Source of the DNA: Chloroflexota bacterium
GTDB lineage: Bacteria > Chloroflexota > Ktedonobacteria > Ktedonobacterales > JADMIN01
Assembly (NCBI GenBank): GCA_021323855.1
Contig: JAJPKE010000005.1
Location: 45,935 to 109,934, forward strand
DNA length: 64,000 nt
Direction: 5' to 3'
In this document: positions 28,303 through 37,110 of the stretch, piece after piece
Position numbering within the stretch: position 1 is the first letter of the stretch
Layout: each line of letters begins with the position of its first letter
Position numbers and translations under genes: made by a program
The notes under the pieces: model-generated
What the model saw: the letters and a program-made list of their open reading frames with translations, nothing else
The model's database searches: none
What the model was told of the DNA's origin: nothing

Positions 28303-29334
28303 CTACGGTGTAATAGTGAAATCGTCAATGATCGTGGCGGTGACTGGCACCACTGAAGATGCCGGACGGCGCGTACCCAGCAACACCAGCAGCAGGCTGA
28401 GGCCAATCAATCCGCCGCCCAAGAGCGTCGCCCAACCCAGTTGATCGTGCAAGAGCCAGATGCCCAATGCCGCCCCCACCAGCGGCTGAATGAAGAGGAT
28501 CGGCGCCGCCGCAGAGGCGTCCACCGTGCGCAAGCCCTGGAACCAAAGCCAGTAGCCCAACGCCGATGCCGCCCCCGCCATATAGATCACACTTAACCAG
28601 CCCGCCAGCGTCATATGTGGCATGCCAGAGTGGATCACCGTTCCCACGCCCGCCGGAATCCAGACAAATAAGCTGCCGGTGAGCGTGGCGCTGGTCAACA
28701 GCAAGGGTGGCAACGAGAGCGTGCTGAGCGCCGTTTTGCCGCGCACGGTATAGGCCGCCTCTAACACCAGCGAACCAATGACCAGCAGATCGCCAATGAT
28801 GCGCGCGCTGCTGGCAGCGCCACCCGCCAGATTCGGCACAAAGCCGCGTTCGACGATCAGATACGCGCCGAGCAGACCGACCAAAAGCGCCAGCACGCCC
28901 ATCCGCGTGATGTGCTCTCGCAGAAACAGCCAGGAGAGCAGCGCCGTGAAGATGGATTCGGTGGCGATCAGCAGCGCAACATCGGAGGCGGTGGAGAGCG
29001 CCAGACCGAAGTATTCGAGGGCTTTGTTGAGGATCCAGCCCATCACGGCGATCTGCCCCAGCAACAGGAGTGAGCGGCGGTCACGCGGAATCTGCCGCCA
29101 GCCGCGAATCAGCGCCGGCGAGAGGAAGAGCGCCGCCAGCGAAAAACGCAGCGCGTTCAGTTCGATGGGCGACAAATCCTCCAGCGCGATCTTGCCTGCC
29201 GCGTAGGTGCCCGCCCACAACACGTTGCCAATGATGAGCATGAGAAAGGCGGTACGTTGCGAGGTCTGCCCCGTTGCGCCGCGCGCCGTTCCCACTGCTT
29301 GCCCGGCCAATCCACCGGCCTTACTCGTCGCCAC
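28303..29334 (-). CDS. DMT-superfamily (EamA) transporter
   Basis: 343 aa, 10 hydrophobic segments in two EamA-like halves. Confidence 0.85.
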   Translation of the reverse strand: MATSKAGGLAGQAVGTARGATGQTSQRTAFLMLIIGNVLWAGTYAAGKIALEDLSPIELNALRFSLAALFLSPALIRGWRQIPRDRRSLLLLGQIAVMGWILNKALEYFGLALSTASDVALLIATESIFTALLSWLFLREHITRMGVLALLVGLLGAYLIVERGFVPNLAGGAASSARIIGDLLVIGSLVLEAAYTVRGKTALSTLSLPPLLLTSATLTGSLFVWIPAGVGTVIHSGMPHMTLAGWLSVIYMAGAASALGYWLWFQGLRTVDASAAAPILFIQPLVGAALGIWLLHDQLGWATLLGGGLIGLSLLLVLLGTRRPASSVVPVTATIIDDFTITP

Positions 29335-29469
29335 TCATTCCCCCGTATACGTTGCTCCGCTAGCTCGTCCGCAGTCTTCCATCTCGCTGGATGTATCATG
29401 TATGACGAATATCATACACTCTATCCGATGGCGGCAACAAAAAATGTCACCTATCTCTGGCAAACGAGA

Positions 29470-29508
29470 GACCCGACGGGCAGAAAGGTGTGCCTGTCGG
29501 GTCTTTTT
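29470..29508. terminator. Hairpin terminator downstream of the beta-solenoid gene; the T-run is on the plus strand
   Basis: GACCCGACGGGCA-gaaaggtg-TGCCTGTCGGGTC: 13-bp stem with one G-U pair, followed by TTTTT on the plus strand. Confidence 0.5.
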
Positions 29509-29560
29509 AACTACTCAACGATCTACGTGAACAATCTACAGGAGTTTTTTCAAACCAACA

Positions 29561-30343
29561 TTAGAGGCTAGCGCACTGGCCGAGCTTTTTGCCCAGCACA
29601 GTATTGGGCGTGCCACCGGAATCGCCAAATTTCGGCGTATGGTAGTTGCCGAAGCAAACCAGATTGCCAAAAATCTTATTGGTCGTAACTTCAATCGCGT
29701 CCGGGTCGGCGAGCTTGTTGTTTTCGAGCGTCACCGTTCCATGAACGTTGTTGCGGATGACCCCAAGCCAGCAGGAGTGAAGATTGGTGATCTTCACATA
29801 TCCGTTGATGCTGTTGTCCTCGAAGTCGCTGAAGTTCGGATTGCCGCCCAGGTTGGGGTCGGGGATACAGTTGTAGCCGCCGCCACCGCCATTGAGGGTG
29901 ATCGAACCACGAACCACATTGCTGTGGAAGATCACCGCCAGAGCGCCATTACCATACACATTGCCATTGATACGATCAGTGGTCGTCGTGGTGCAGCCGA
30001 AATGTGGCGAGCAGCCGAGCAAGAAAATGGCGTTGCTGCCAACCCAGACATTCCCCGCGATCACTACGGTTGCCGTTGGAATAGCCGCATCGAGAGCGGC
30101 ATTTGCTTTAATATGCACATCACCATTCACGATCACCGTGCCACTGGGAATGGCGCAGGCGCCCGTTACGGTGAGTGCGGTGTAGGTTCCAGGCGCGATT
30201 ACCCCGCCTGTGCAAACAAATTTCCCAAAGTTTGTTGTTGAGCTGGCTGCGAACGCCGTGGTGGCGCCCAAACACAATGCGGCCATTAACGCAAGGCCGG
30301 CTGACAGACGCAGAAGTGGTTTCACCTCATCATCCCCCATCAC
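29561..30343 (-). CDS. Secreted Cys-rich protein, probable beta-solenoid; function unknown
   Basis: 260 aa. Signal peptide LLRLSAGLALMAALCLGATTAFA. Repeated (I/V)NG(D/N/Y)V-type rungs. Lower-GC region. Confidence 0.5.
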   Translation of the reverse strand: MMGDDEVKPLLRLSAGLALMAALCLGATTAFAASSTTNFGKFVCTGGVIAPGTYTALTVTGACAIPSGTVIVNGDVHIKANAALDAAIPTATVVIAGNVWVGSNAIFLLGCSPHFGCTTTTTDRINGNVYGNGALAVIFHSNVVRGSITLNGGGGGYNCIPDPNLGGNPNFSDFEDNSINGYVKITNLHSCWLGVIRNNVHGTVTLENNKLADPDAIEVTTNKIFGNLVCFGNYHTPKFGDSGGTPNTVLGKKLGQCASL

Positions 30344-30605
30344 AATCCAACCAAACTACCATACATCGTACACGAGAACTGCATCTCACCTCCCTTCGCT
30401 TGTTTATCCGCTGGCTCACAGCAGCACATTACGTACCATACCTGCGAAAGCGATTGGGGAGAGATTATGGTAACAAAGAGATGAGAGCAGGAGATATCTT
30501 TAGGATAACTGAAGCATGCAGCAAGAACGGCGTGTTACAGTTGAAGAGGCTGCTGGTAGCAAGGCAGAAATGTCAACACCACTACACCCAGCGGCAGGCT
30601 ATAAC

Positions 30606-31076
30606 TCACCGTGCAGGGCGCTGCCCCATATCCAGCGCCTGCCGGCAGCGCGCGCGGTGCGCTGGCGGCAGGCTGGCGAGGTAGGTGTCGCGTTCGTGGT
30701 TGAGCCAGCGTTGATAGTTGTGCTGCCAGTGAAGCAGCCGCCAGTGCTGTTGCCGTTGCGTCCAGTTCGGTCCCAGCCAGAGCGCCAGCAGCGCCGCCAG
30801 CGGAAAAGCGATCACCAAGCCCAGCGCCAGCGCAATCACGGCGAACGTAGGTATCACGCGGCCCGGCGCCTGCGCTGCCAGCACGATGCCGAGCAAACCA
30901 AAGGCCGCGCCCACCAGCACACAGGTTTTGACGGCGAGGCTGCGGCGCTTCTCTGCGCGCTCCACCTGCGCCGCGATATCGGTGGGCACATCTGGCCTGG
31001 GTGGTGGCGGCAGAATTGGCTGCGGCTCCGGAAAGTCTGCTGGCAACTCTGGCCATTCCAACGCTGCCCAGGTCAT
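30606..31076 (-). CDS. Membrane protein of unknown function
   Basis: Start set at ATG 31076 (AGGTGGG upstream). Pro-rich N-terminus, two TM segments, and a W/Q/H-rich C-terminus. Confidence 0.45.
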   Translation of the reverse strand: MTWAALEWPELPADFPEPQPILPPPPRPDVPTDIAAQVERAEKRRSLAVKTCVLVGAAFGLLGIVLAAQAPGRVIPTFAVIALALGLVIAFPLAALLALWLGPNWTQRQQHWRLLHWQHNYQRWLNHERDTYLASLPPAHRARCRQALDMGQRPAR

Positions 31077-31091
31077 CCGTCTGCCCACCTG

Positions 31092-31847
31092 TCAGAAGGT
31101 AGTGGCTTCGCCCAGATAGAGCGGAACTATCGGCGTCTCCACCGCCTCATCGCCAGCGCGTTCCAGGCGATAGGCGCGCGCCTGCGGACGCGAACTGACG
31201 CAGCGCGCCAGTTGCCCACCGATGAAGTGCAGCGCAACTCCATCATCGGCGGCGTAGCCCGGCATGATTGCGCCGCTGGCAACTGCCTGCTGATAGGAGG
31301 GTCGCCGCTCGGCCTCGCCATCGTAGTGTGGGCAATTGCTGCCAGAGAGAAATCCCAGGCAGGGTAACACCGTCAGCGGACCGGGAATCGAGTCGGTGAG
31401 GCCAGCCTCGAACCAGCAGATCGAGCCAGCGCTGATCCCTGCCAGCACAATGCCGCGCTCCCATGCCTCGCGGAAAATACGATCCAGTCCCCATTCACGC
31501 CACAGCGCCAGCAATGATTTAGTGTTACCGCCACCGACATAGATGATATCTTGCTCAAAGACGAACGAACGCAGGTCAGCAGTTGGCGGATCGAAGAGTG
31601 AGAGATATGCTGGCACGCAGGGTTGCCGCGTGAAGGCCGCATAAAAGCGGTCAATATAGTTCTGTGAATCGCCGCTGGCAGTGCCGACGAAGCAAATCCG
31701 TGGCCGCTCCTTCGCGCATTGCCGCAAGATGTAGAGGTCGAGCAGCGGATTATCGGGTTCCATCGAAAAGCCACCACCGCCCAGCGCGATGATCTGTTGT
31801 TTCGTCGCTGTCACGTTTGTCTCACTTGTCTCTGCCGTTGCCGTCAT
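31092..31847 (-). CDS. Peptidase S51 (peptidase E/cyanophycinase-like) family protein
   Basis: 251 aa. IIALGGGGF, GGGNTKSLLALW, and LAGISAGSICWFE (nucleophile Ser context). Confidence 0.8.
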   Translation of the reverse strand: MTATAETSETNVTATKQQIIALGGGGFSMEPDNPLLDLYILRQCAKERPRICFVGTASGDSQNYIDRFYAAFTRQPCVPAYLSLFDPPTADLRSFVFEQDIIYVGGGNTKSLLALWREWGLDRIFREAWERGIVLAGISAGSICWFEAGLTDSIPGPLTVLPCLGFLSGSNCPHYDGEAERRPSYQQAVASGAIMPGYAADDGVALHFIGGQLARCVSSRPQARAYRLERAGDEAVETPIVPLYLGEATTF

Positions 31848-31909
31848 CTCTATCCCTTCGGTTGCATGCTACTGCGCGCTACTACTTACTACTCTGCGCT
31901 GCTATCTCT

Positions 31910-32422
31910 TCATCTCTCACTGATCTCAATATAACGAGCCATCAACCATTCGTCTTTCATTTCTCCCTGCGAAATGACGCTCATCTTGCGGCGGCCTTCG
32001 ACGACGAAACCAAGACGCTCGTACAGGCGTTTTGCTCCCTCGTTCTCAACTAGAACTGTCAATTCGATACGCCGCAACAACAGCCACTTGTCTGCCAGAT
32101 CGAGCAGCGCTTGCAATAATCGTGTCCCGATTCCCTGTCCCTGTCGCTGGCGAGCGACATAGACAAACAAAGAGCCGCTATGCCGCAGACGCCCTGTACC
32201 CACTGTTAAGCCGGCAATCCCGATGACGTGGCCTGCGCTTTCGGCAACTAGGTAGTGATCGTTCTCGTCCAATGCGCTCAGCGATTGCCGCCGTTGCTCC
32301 AAGCGCAGGCTCGGTAGCGCCATCGTCGTTTCAATCACCCCTTCTTCGCGGGCGATCTTCCATAACGCCTCCGCATCTTCCAAGCGGACTGGGCGAATGA
32401 GCACCTCGTCATAAGCGGACAT
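31910..32422 (-). CDS. GNAT N-acetyltransferase
   Basis: 170 aa. RQRQGQGIGTRLLQALL acetyl-CoA motif. Confidence 0.85.
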   Translation of the reverse strand: MSAYDEVLIRPVRLEDAEALWKIAREEGVIETTMALPSLRLEQRRQSLSALDENDHYLVAESAGHVIGIAGLTVGTGRLRHSGSLFVYVARQRQGQGIGTRLLQALLDLADKWLLLRRIELTVLVENEGAKRLYERLGFVVEGRRKMSVISQGEMKDEWLMARYIEISER

Positions 32423-32470
32423 CGCTTGTTACCTCCAATCACGCCTCATAGGCTTTCGGTACAATTTCCC

Positions 32471-32947
32471 TCACGCGGGGCGGCTCATCTTGATGTAGTC
32501 ATAGCGTTTGCCATGCACGCGGCGTGTCATCGTGCCGGTGGGCACAAAGCCTGCGCGTTCATAGACCGTGCGGGCGCGTTCGTTGAAGACAGCGACATCG
32601 AGCTGGAAATATTTCGGGTTAAAGCGCTCGCGTGCGAAGGCAAGCCCAGCCAAGACGAAATCCAGGCCAGCGCCGTGGCCCGTTTTGTCGGGGCGCATGC
32701 CCAATCCAACTTCCAGGCTGTTCTCACCGCGCGGATAGAAGGAGAAGACGCCGACCAGTTCACCTTGCTCATCACATACGGCGTAGTACGTATTCATACC
32801 GAGCAGGCGAAACAACGCCTGGACCAGCCACACCGTCAGAATCGTCGGATAGTTGACATTGTAATGGGCATAGGCGCCCTCATAGCGCCAGCGCGCGATA
32901 GCCAGCGCATCGCCAAGACGCATGGGCCGGAAGCTGTAGTGCATCAT
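32471..32947 (-). CDS. GNAT N-acetyltransferase
   Basis: 158 aa. GNAT core with DKTGHGAGLDFV. Confidence 0.75.
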   Translation of the reverse strand: MMHYSFRPMRLGDALAIARWRYEGAYAHYNVNYPTILTVWLVQALFRLLGMNTYYAVCDEQGELVGVFSFYPRGENSLEVGLGMRPDKTGHGAGLDFVLAGLAFARERFNPKYFQLDVAVFNERARTVYERAGFVPTGTMTRRVHGKRYDYIKMSRPA

Positions 32948-33277
32948 GAGGTCCCTCTTTCGCGCCTTCCTCCTAATATAACCTATATAACCTACTCTAC
33001 GAGACTGGAGGATTCGCTGGGTAATCGCCGGCGCTCGCGGCGGGAAACTGCTGGCGCACGTGTACGAACATGCGCCATTACGCCATTATGTTAGTCAAAG
33101 GTGTGCCAGGTGCGTTGCCAGTGCGCCACACCTACACCAGAAGCATATCACGCAGAAATCTGCCTGCCGGTCGTCTCGTCGCGCGCTATACTGCTGATGG
33201 ACAATGCAGCACAACCCTATCACATGGAAAGATATCCAAAGCGCAGGCAGATCAAAGACGCAAGAGGAGGAGCATTC

Positions 33278-34888
33278 GTGCGACTCAATTTCGATTATCT
33301 CGTGTTTCCGGGCAGGCACCAACCGGTCTTTGCGCCGCATGGCGCCGTTGCCACGAGCCAGCCGCTCGCCACGCAGGCCGGCCTCGCGGCGCTCCAGCGC
33401 GGTGGCAGCGCCGTGGACGCCGTCCTTGCCGCCGCCATCACGTTGACTGTGGTTGAGCCAGCTTCCAATGGCATCGGCGGCGATGCCTTCGCACTGGTCT
33501 GGGACGGCACAAAGCTGCACGGACTGAACGGCTCCGGGCGCGCGCCATTGGCACTGACGCTGGATATCGTGCGCGGGCAGGGACACGAACGCATGCCGGA
33601 TCATGGCTGGCAGACGGTCACGGTTCCCGGCGCGCCTGCCGCCTGGCGCGATTTACATGCGCGCTTCGGCAAACTGCCGTTTGCCACGCTCTTCGAGGCA
33701 GCCATCGAGTACGCGGAACATGGCTATCCCATCTCGCCAATTGTCCACTGGGTCTGGAGCTATTCCGCTGGACGGACACATTCCTCGCTGACGGGCGTGG
33801 AATACGAGGGATTCGCACCGGTGTTCGCGCCGGATGGCCATATACCGCAGGTGGGCGAACAGTGGCGCAGCGCAGAGATGGCGCGCAGTCTACGGTTGAT
33901 TGCTGAGAGCCAGGCCGAGGCGCTCTATCAAGGCGAACTGGCCCAGCGCATCGCGGAGTTCGCGGCGCGGACCGGCGGCTACCTCTCCGCCGATGATTTC
34001 GCGCGGCACACCAGCACCTGGGTCGAGCCGATTCACACCAACTATCGCGGTTACGAGGTCTGGGAGATGCCGCCGAACGGACAGGGACTCGCTGCGTTAA
34101 TCGCGCTCAACATCCTCGAAGGATATGACCTTGCTGCGTTGCCGCGCGAGAGCGGCGAGAGTTATCACCTGCAACTGGAGGCGATGAAGCTGGCCTTTGC
34201 CGATGCGCACCGCTATATCTGCGATCCTGAACATGGCGACGTGCCGGTGGAGGCATTGCTCTCCAAGCCATACGCCGCACGCCGCCGCGCGTTGATCGGT
34301 GAGCAGGCGATGGTGCCGGAGGCTGGCGAACCGGCACAGAGCGATACGGTCTATCTCTGCGCGGCGGATGATGACGGTATGATGGTGAGTTTCATCCAGT
34401 CTACCTATGATGCCTTCGGCTCGCATATCGTCGTGCCGGGGACGGGCTTCGCCTTGCAGAATCGCGGCAGCGGCTTCTCGCTGGATGCGGCGCATGCGAA
34501 CTGCCTCGCGCCGGGGAAACGCCCGTTCCATACCATCATTCCCGGCTTCCTGACGCATGCAGGGCAGGCAGTCGGTCCTTTCGGCGTGATGGGCGGGCAT
34601 ATGCAGCCGCAGGGGCATGTGCAGATGGTGGTGAACACCGTAGATTATGCGATGGACCCGCAGACCAGCCTGGATACGCCGCGCTGGTCCTGGTGGGAGG
34701 ACCGCTATATCAAGCTGGAACCCTGCGACACCAGCATCGTCGAGGGGCTGGCAGCACGCTGCCACGAGGTAGACCTCGATCCCGAAGTGGACTGGGCCGG
34801 GCGCGGGCAGATCATCTGGCGGCTCCCCGGTGGTGGCTATGTCGCGGGCAGCGACGGACGCGCCGACGGGCAGGCGTCCGGCTACTAA
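33278..34888 (+). CDS. ggt: Gamma-glutamyltransferase family protein
   Basis: Start moved to GTG 33278 (GGAGGAG upstream). GGSAVDA, candidate autoprocessing site SDTVYLCAAD, GGHMQPQG. Confidence 0.85.
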   Translation: MRLNFDYLVFPGRHQPVFAPHGAVATSQPLATQAGLAALQRGGSAVDAVLAAAITLTVVEPASNGIGGDAFALVWDGTKLHGLNGSGRAPLALTLDIVRGQGHERMPDHGWQTVTVPGAPAAWRDLHARFGKLPFATLFEAAIEYAEHGYPISPIVHWVWSYSAGRTHSSLTGVEYEGFAPVFAPDGHIPQVGEQWRSAEMARSLRLIAESQAEALYQGELAQRIAEFAARTGGYLSADDFARHTSTWVEPIHTNYRGYEVWEMPPNGQGLAALIALNILEGYDLAALPRESGESYHLQLEAMKLAFADAHRYICDPEHGDVPVEALLSKPYAARRRALIGEQAMVPEAGEPAQSDTVYLCAADDDGMMVSFIQSTYDAFGSHIVVPGTGFALQNRGSGFSLDAAHANCLAPGKRPFHTIIPGFLTHAGQAVGPFGVMGGHMQPQGHVQMVVNTVDYAMDPQTSLDTPRWSWWEDRYIKLEPCDTSIVEGLAARCHEVDLDPEVDWAGRGQIIWRLPGGGYVAGSDGRADGQASGY

Positions 34889-35098
34889 AGCACGCTCTAT
34901 CGCAGCCTGGGTTTCGTCAAGAATGGGCAGGTGATCGGCGGCGAGACGGTCGCAGTCTATACCTGCCCGGTGTGAACCTGCTCACACCTGTGAATTGTTG
35001 AGTAATCAAAAGCGTTGCCCCGTAAGTGTTACCTGGTGGATGGGCGGAGAGTGATTTCCCTACCGAAATCCAGAGGACAGAAGAGGAGCAACGGGAGC

Positions 35099-36178
35099 AT
35101 GAGCATTCATCGGATGGTAGCGCGGGTCGCCGTCCTGGCGGCGCTGGTTTCCGCCTTCGCGGCGGCGCCGCTGGCGCTGGCTGCGCCGCGCGATCTGCCA
35201 CAACTGCCACACACATTGCCCAGTATCATGCCACACGACAGCAATGTCATCACGCTGAACGAAGAAAGCATTGACGGGCCCGCATTCTGGTCCATTGCCT
35301 CCGGCGAACCGGAGCCAGGGCCGAACGCGCCAATTGCTGTGTTGGCATGGACCGGCACCGACGCGGCGCACAGCCTGAACGTGATGACATCAACCGATGG
35401 CATCAACTATGGCAACAAGATCACGCTGGATGAAGAGTCGTTTACACGGCCAAGCGTTTTGCTGCTGCGACAGAACAACGCTAACATCATCGTTCTCGCC
35501 TGGACGGGCACCGACGCCAATCACTCGCTCAATGTCATGTACGATGTCTATGGCGCACAGCGTAAGATCACCATTGGCGACGACAGCAATTATGCGCCAT
35601 CGCTCGCCTTCTTCCAGGGACAGGTGTTGCTGGCGTGGACGGGCACCGACATCAATCACTCGCTCAACATCAAGCAGATGGGTTCGCAGGGCTTAACCGA
35701 CGGCGCCAAGACCATTCTGAGCCAGTATAGCAGCGATGCACAACCCTCCATCTTCACCGATATCCGCGACCATCAACTGCTGCTCACCTGGTCCTACAAC
35801 AGTTCACCAAACTGGATCAACGTCGCGTCGTCGCCAGACGGCGTAAACTTCACGGAGCCGCTGGCGGGCGGACCGCCACCGCAAACCAGCAATGCCGCTC
35901 CTGATATGATGGCGGTCAGCCAAACGATTGAAAGTATGTACCCGTATTACTGGACCTGGACGGGCACCGATCCGCTGCATTCGATAAACATTACCGCAAC
36001 CAATACGCTCAACAACTGGCCCGCGCCCATCGTTACCACCGACCAACAGGCGTTTGGTGGTCCGGTGCTGGGCTTCATCGGCCAGGAAAACGAGGTGCTA
36101 ATTGTCTGGACGGGCATTGACGCCGCGCATCACCTGAACATCATGACGCTGGATACGACGAGCCTGCCACCACTGTGA
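35099..36178 (+). CDS. Secreted repeat protein (about six blade-like repeats with LAWTGTDxxHSLNV motif); function unknown
   Basis: Start moved to ATG 35099. Signal peptide VAVLAALVSAFAAAPLALAAP. Motif copies: LAWTGTDAAHSLNV, LAWTGTDANHSLNV, LAWTGTDINHSLNI, TWTGTDPLHSINI, VWTGIDAAHHLNI. Confidence 0.6.
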   Translation: MSIHRMVARVAVLAALVSAFAAAPLALAAPRDLPQLPHTLPSIMPHDSNVITLNEESIDGPAFWSIASGEPEPGPNAPIAVLAWTGTDAAHSLNVMTSTDGINYGNKITLDEESFTRPSVLLLRQNNANIIVLAWTGTDANHSLNVMYDVYGAQRKITIGDDSNYAPSLAFFQGQVLLAWTGTDINHSLNIKQMGSQGLTDGAKTILSQYSSDAQPSIFTDIRDHQLLLTWSYNSSPNWINVASSPDGVNFTEPLAGGPPPQTSNAAPDMMAVSQTIESMYPYYWTWTGTDPLHSINITATNTLNNWPAPIVTTDQQAFGGPVLGFIGQENEVLIVWTGIDAAHHLNIMTLDTTSLPPL

Positions 36179-36272
36179 TAGCCAGGGTGCGTCTGCTATA
36201 CTGCCGGATAGAAGCTATCTCCTTCTGGCATGGCGTTATGGTTGATATTAGGTGGCGAGTGGAGGGAAAGCG

Positions 36273-37016
36273 ATGAGCGACGGCGAAAATGAGACGAGGA
36301 TGGTGGATAGCTATAACTATGCGGACTTCACCGGCGACGAGAGCCAGGGGGATTTCGCCGCGTTCATGGGCGCGCCGCACGTCGGCGAGAAGATGCCGGA
36401 CGGCACGCTGACCCGACTGGATGATGGCGCGGCGGTGGCGCTCTCCTCGCTCTGGCGCGAGCAGCACCTCATTATAGAGTTCGGCAGCTATGGTTGACCC
36501 TACTGTTCGATGGCGTGCCCATCAATGGAAGCGTTGGCGCAGGAGTATGAGCCGCGCGGCTTCGCGTCGGCGTTTATCTATGTACGCGAGGCGCACCCCG
36601 GCGAATATATGCCCTATCACGATAGCTTCGAGCGTAAACTGGCGAACGCGCGCCGCTTCCGCGACGAGCAGAGCGTGCGCCGTCCAATCCTGGTGGACAC
36701 GCTGGATGGCAAGTATCACCGCATCTTCGGCGCTCTGCCCAATATGACGCTGATTGTGCTACGCGGCGGCACGCTCGCCTATAAAGGCGCCTGGACCGAT
36801 GCGGCGGATGTGCGCGTCGCCCTTGAACAGATCGCCAACATCGCGGCGCTGCGGCGGCAAGGCGGGCGGCTTGCCCCCTTCTGGACGGAACGGCTGGCCT
36901 ATCGTGTCGTAGATCAGGCGGCGTTCAACGCGGGGCTGGAGCGCAACGGGCCAAAGGCGGTCGCCGAGTTCATGGAAATGATACGCAACGTGGGACTGGA
37001 CCGGCTGGAAGAGTAG
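36273..37016 (+). CDS. Deiodinase-like thioredoxin-fold protein with in-frame TGA (36495-36497) at the catalytic position; candidate selenoprotein
   Basis: Track ORFs 36252..36497 and 36510..37016 share one frame. ATG 36273 has GGAGGG upstream. The joined sequence reads ..LIIEFGSYG-U-PYCS...FIYVREAHP.., matching the FGSxxU/CPxF...YxxEAH deiodinase pattern. Confidence 0.6.
36503..36528 (+). other. SECIS-like hairpin 8 nt downstream of the in-frame TGA
   Basis: CUGUU(C)GAUGG-CGUGC-CCAUCAAUGG: 10 bp including 2 G-U pairs, one bulged C, and a G/U-containing loop about 20 nt after UGA. Confidence 0.4.
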
Positions 37017-37018
37017 AA

Positions 37019-37062
37019 GCCCCCACCCCCGACCCCTCCCCCGTGCGCGGGAGAGGGGGCGC
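37019..37062 (-). repeat. GC-rich hairpin repeat, family A (C-rich tail first)
   Basis: gcccccacccccgaCCCCTCCCCcgtgcgcgGGAGAGGGGgcgcag. Starts 2 nt after the TAG stop at 37014-37016. Confidence 0.8.
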
Positions 37063-37110
37063 AGACGCAAGGCAAACGGTTGTGTCGGGGGCAACAGAGT
37101 CGTCCAGCCT

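Noticed and set aside
31076-31094. The peptidase S51 gene and the downstream membrane-protein ORF are in the same frame, separated by TGA.
   Set aside because: The peptidase is full length at its stop and the downstream gene has its own SD and ATG. The two products are unrelated, so the shared frame is coincidental rather than readthrough or Sec.
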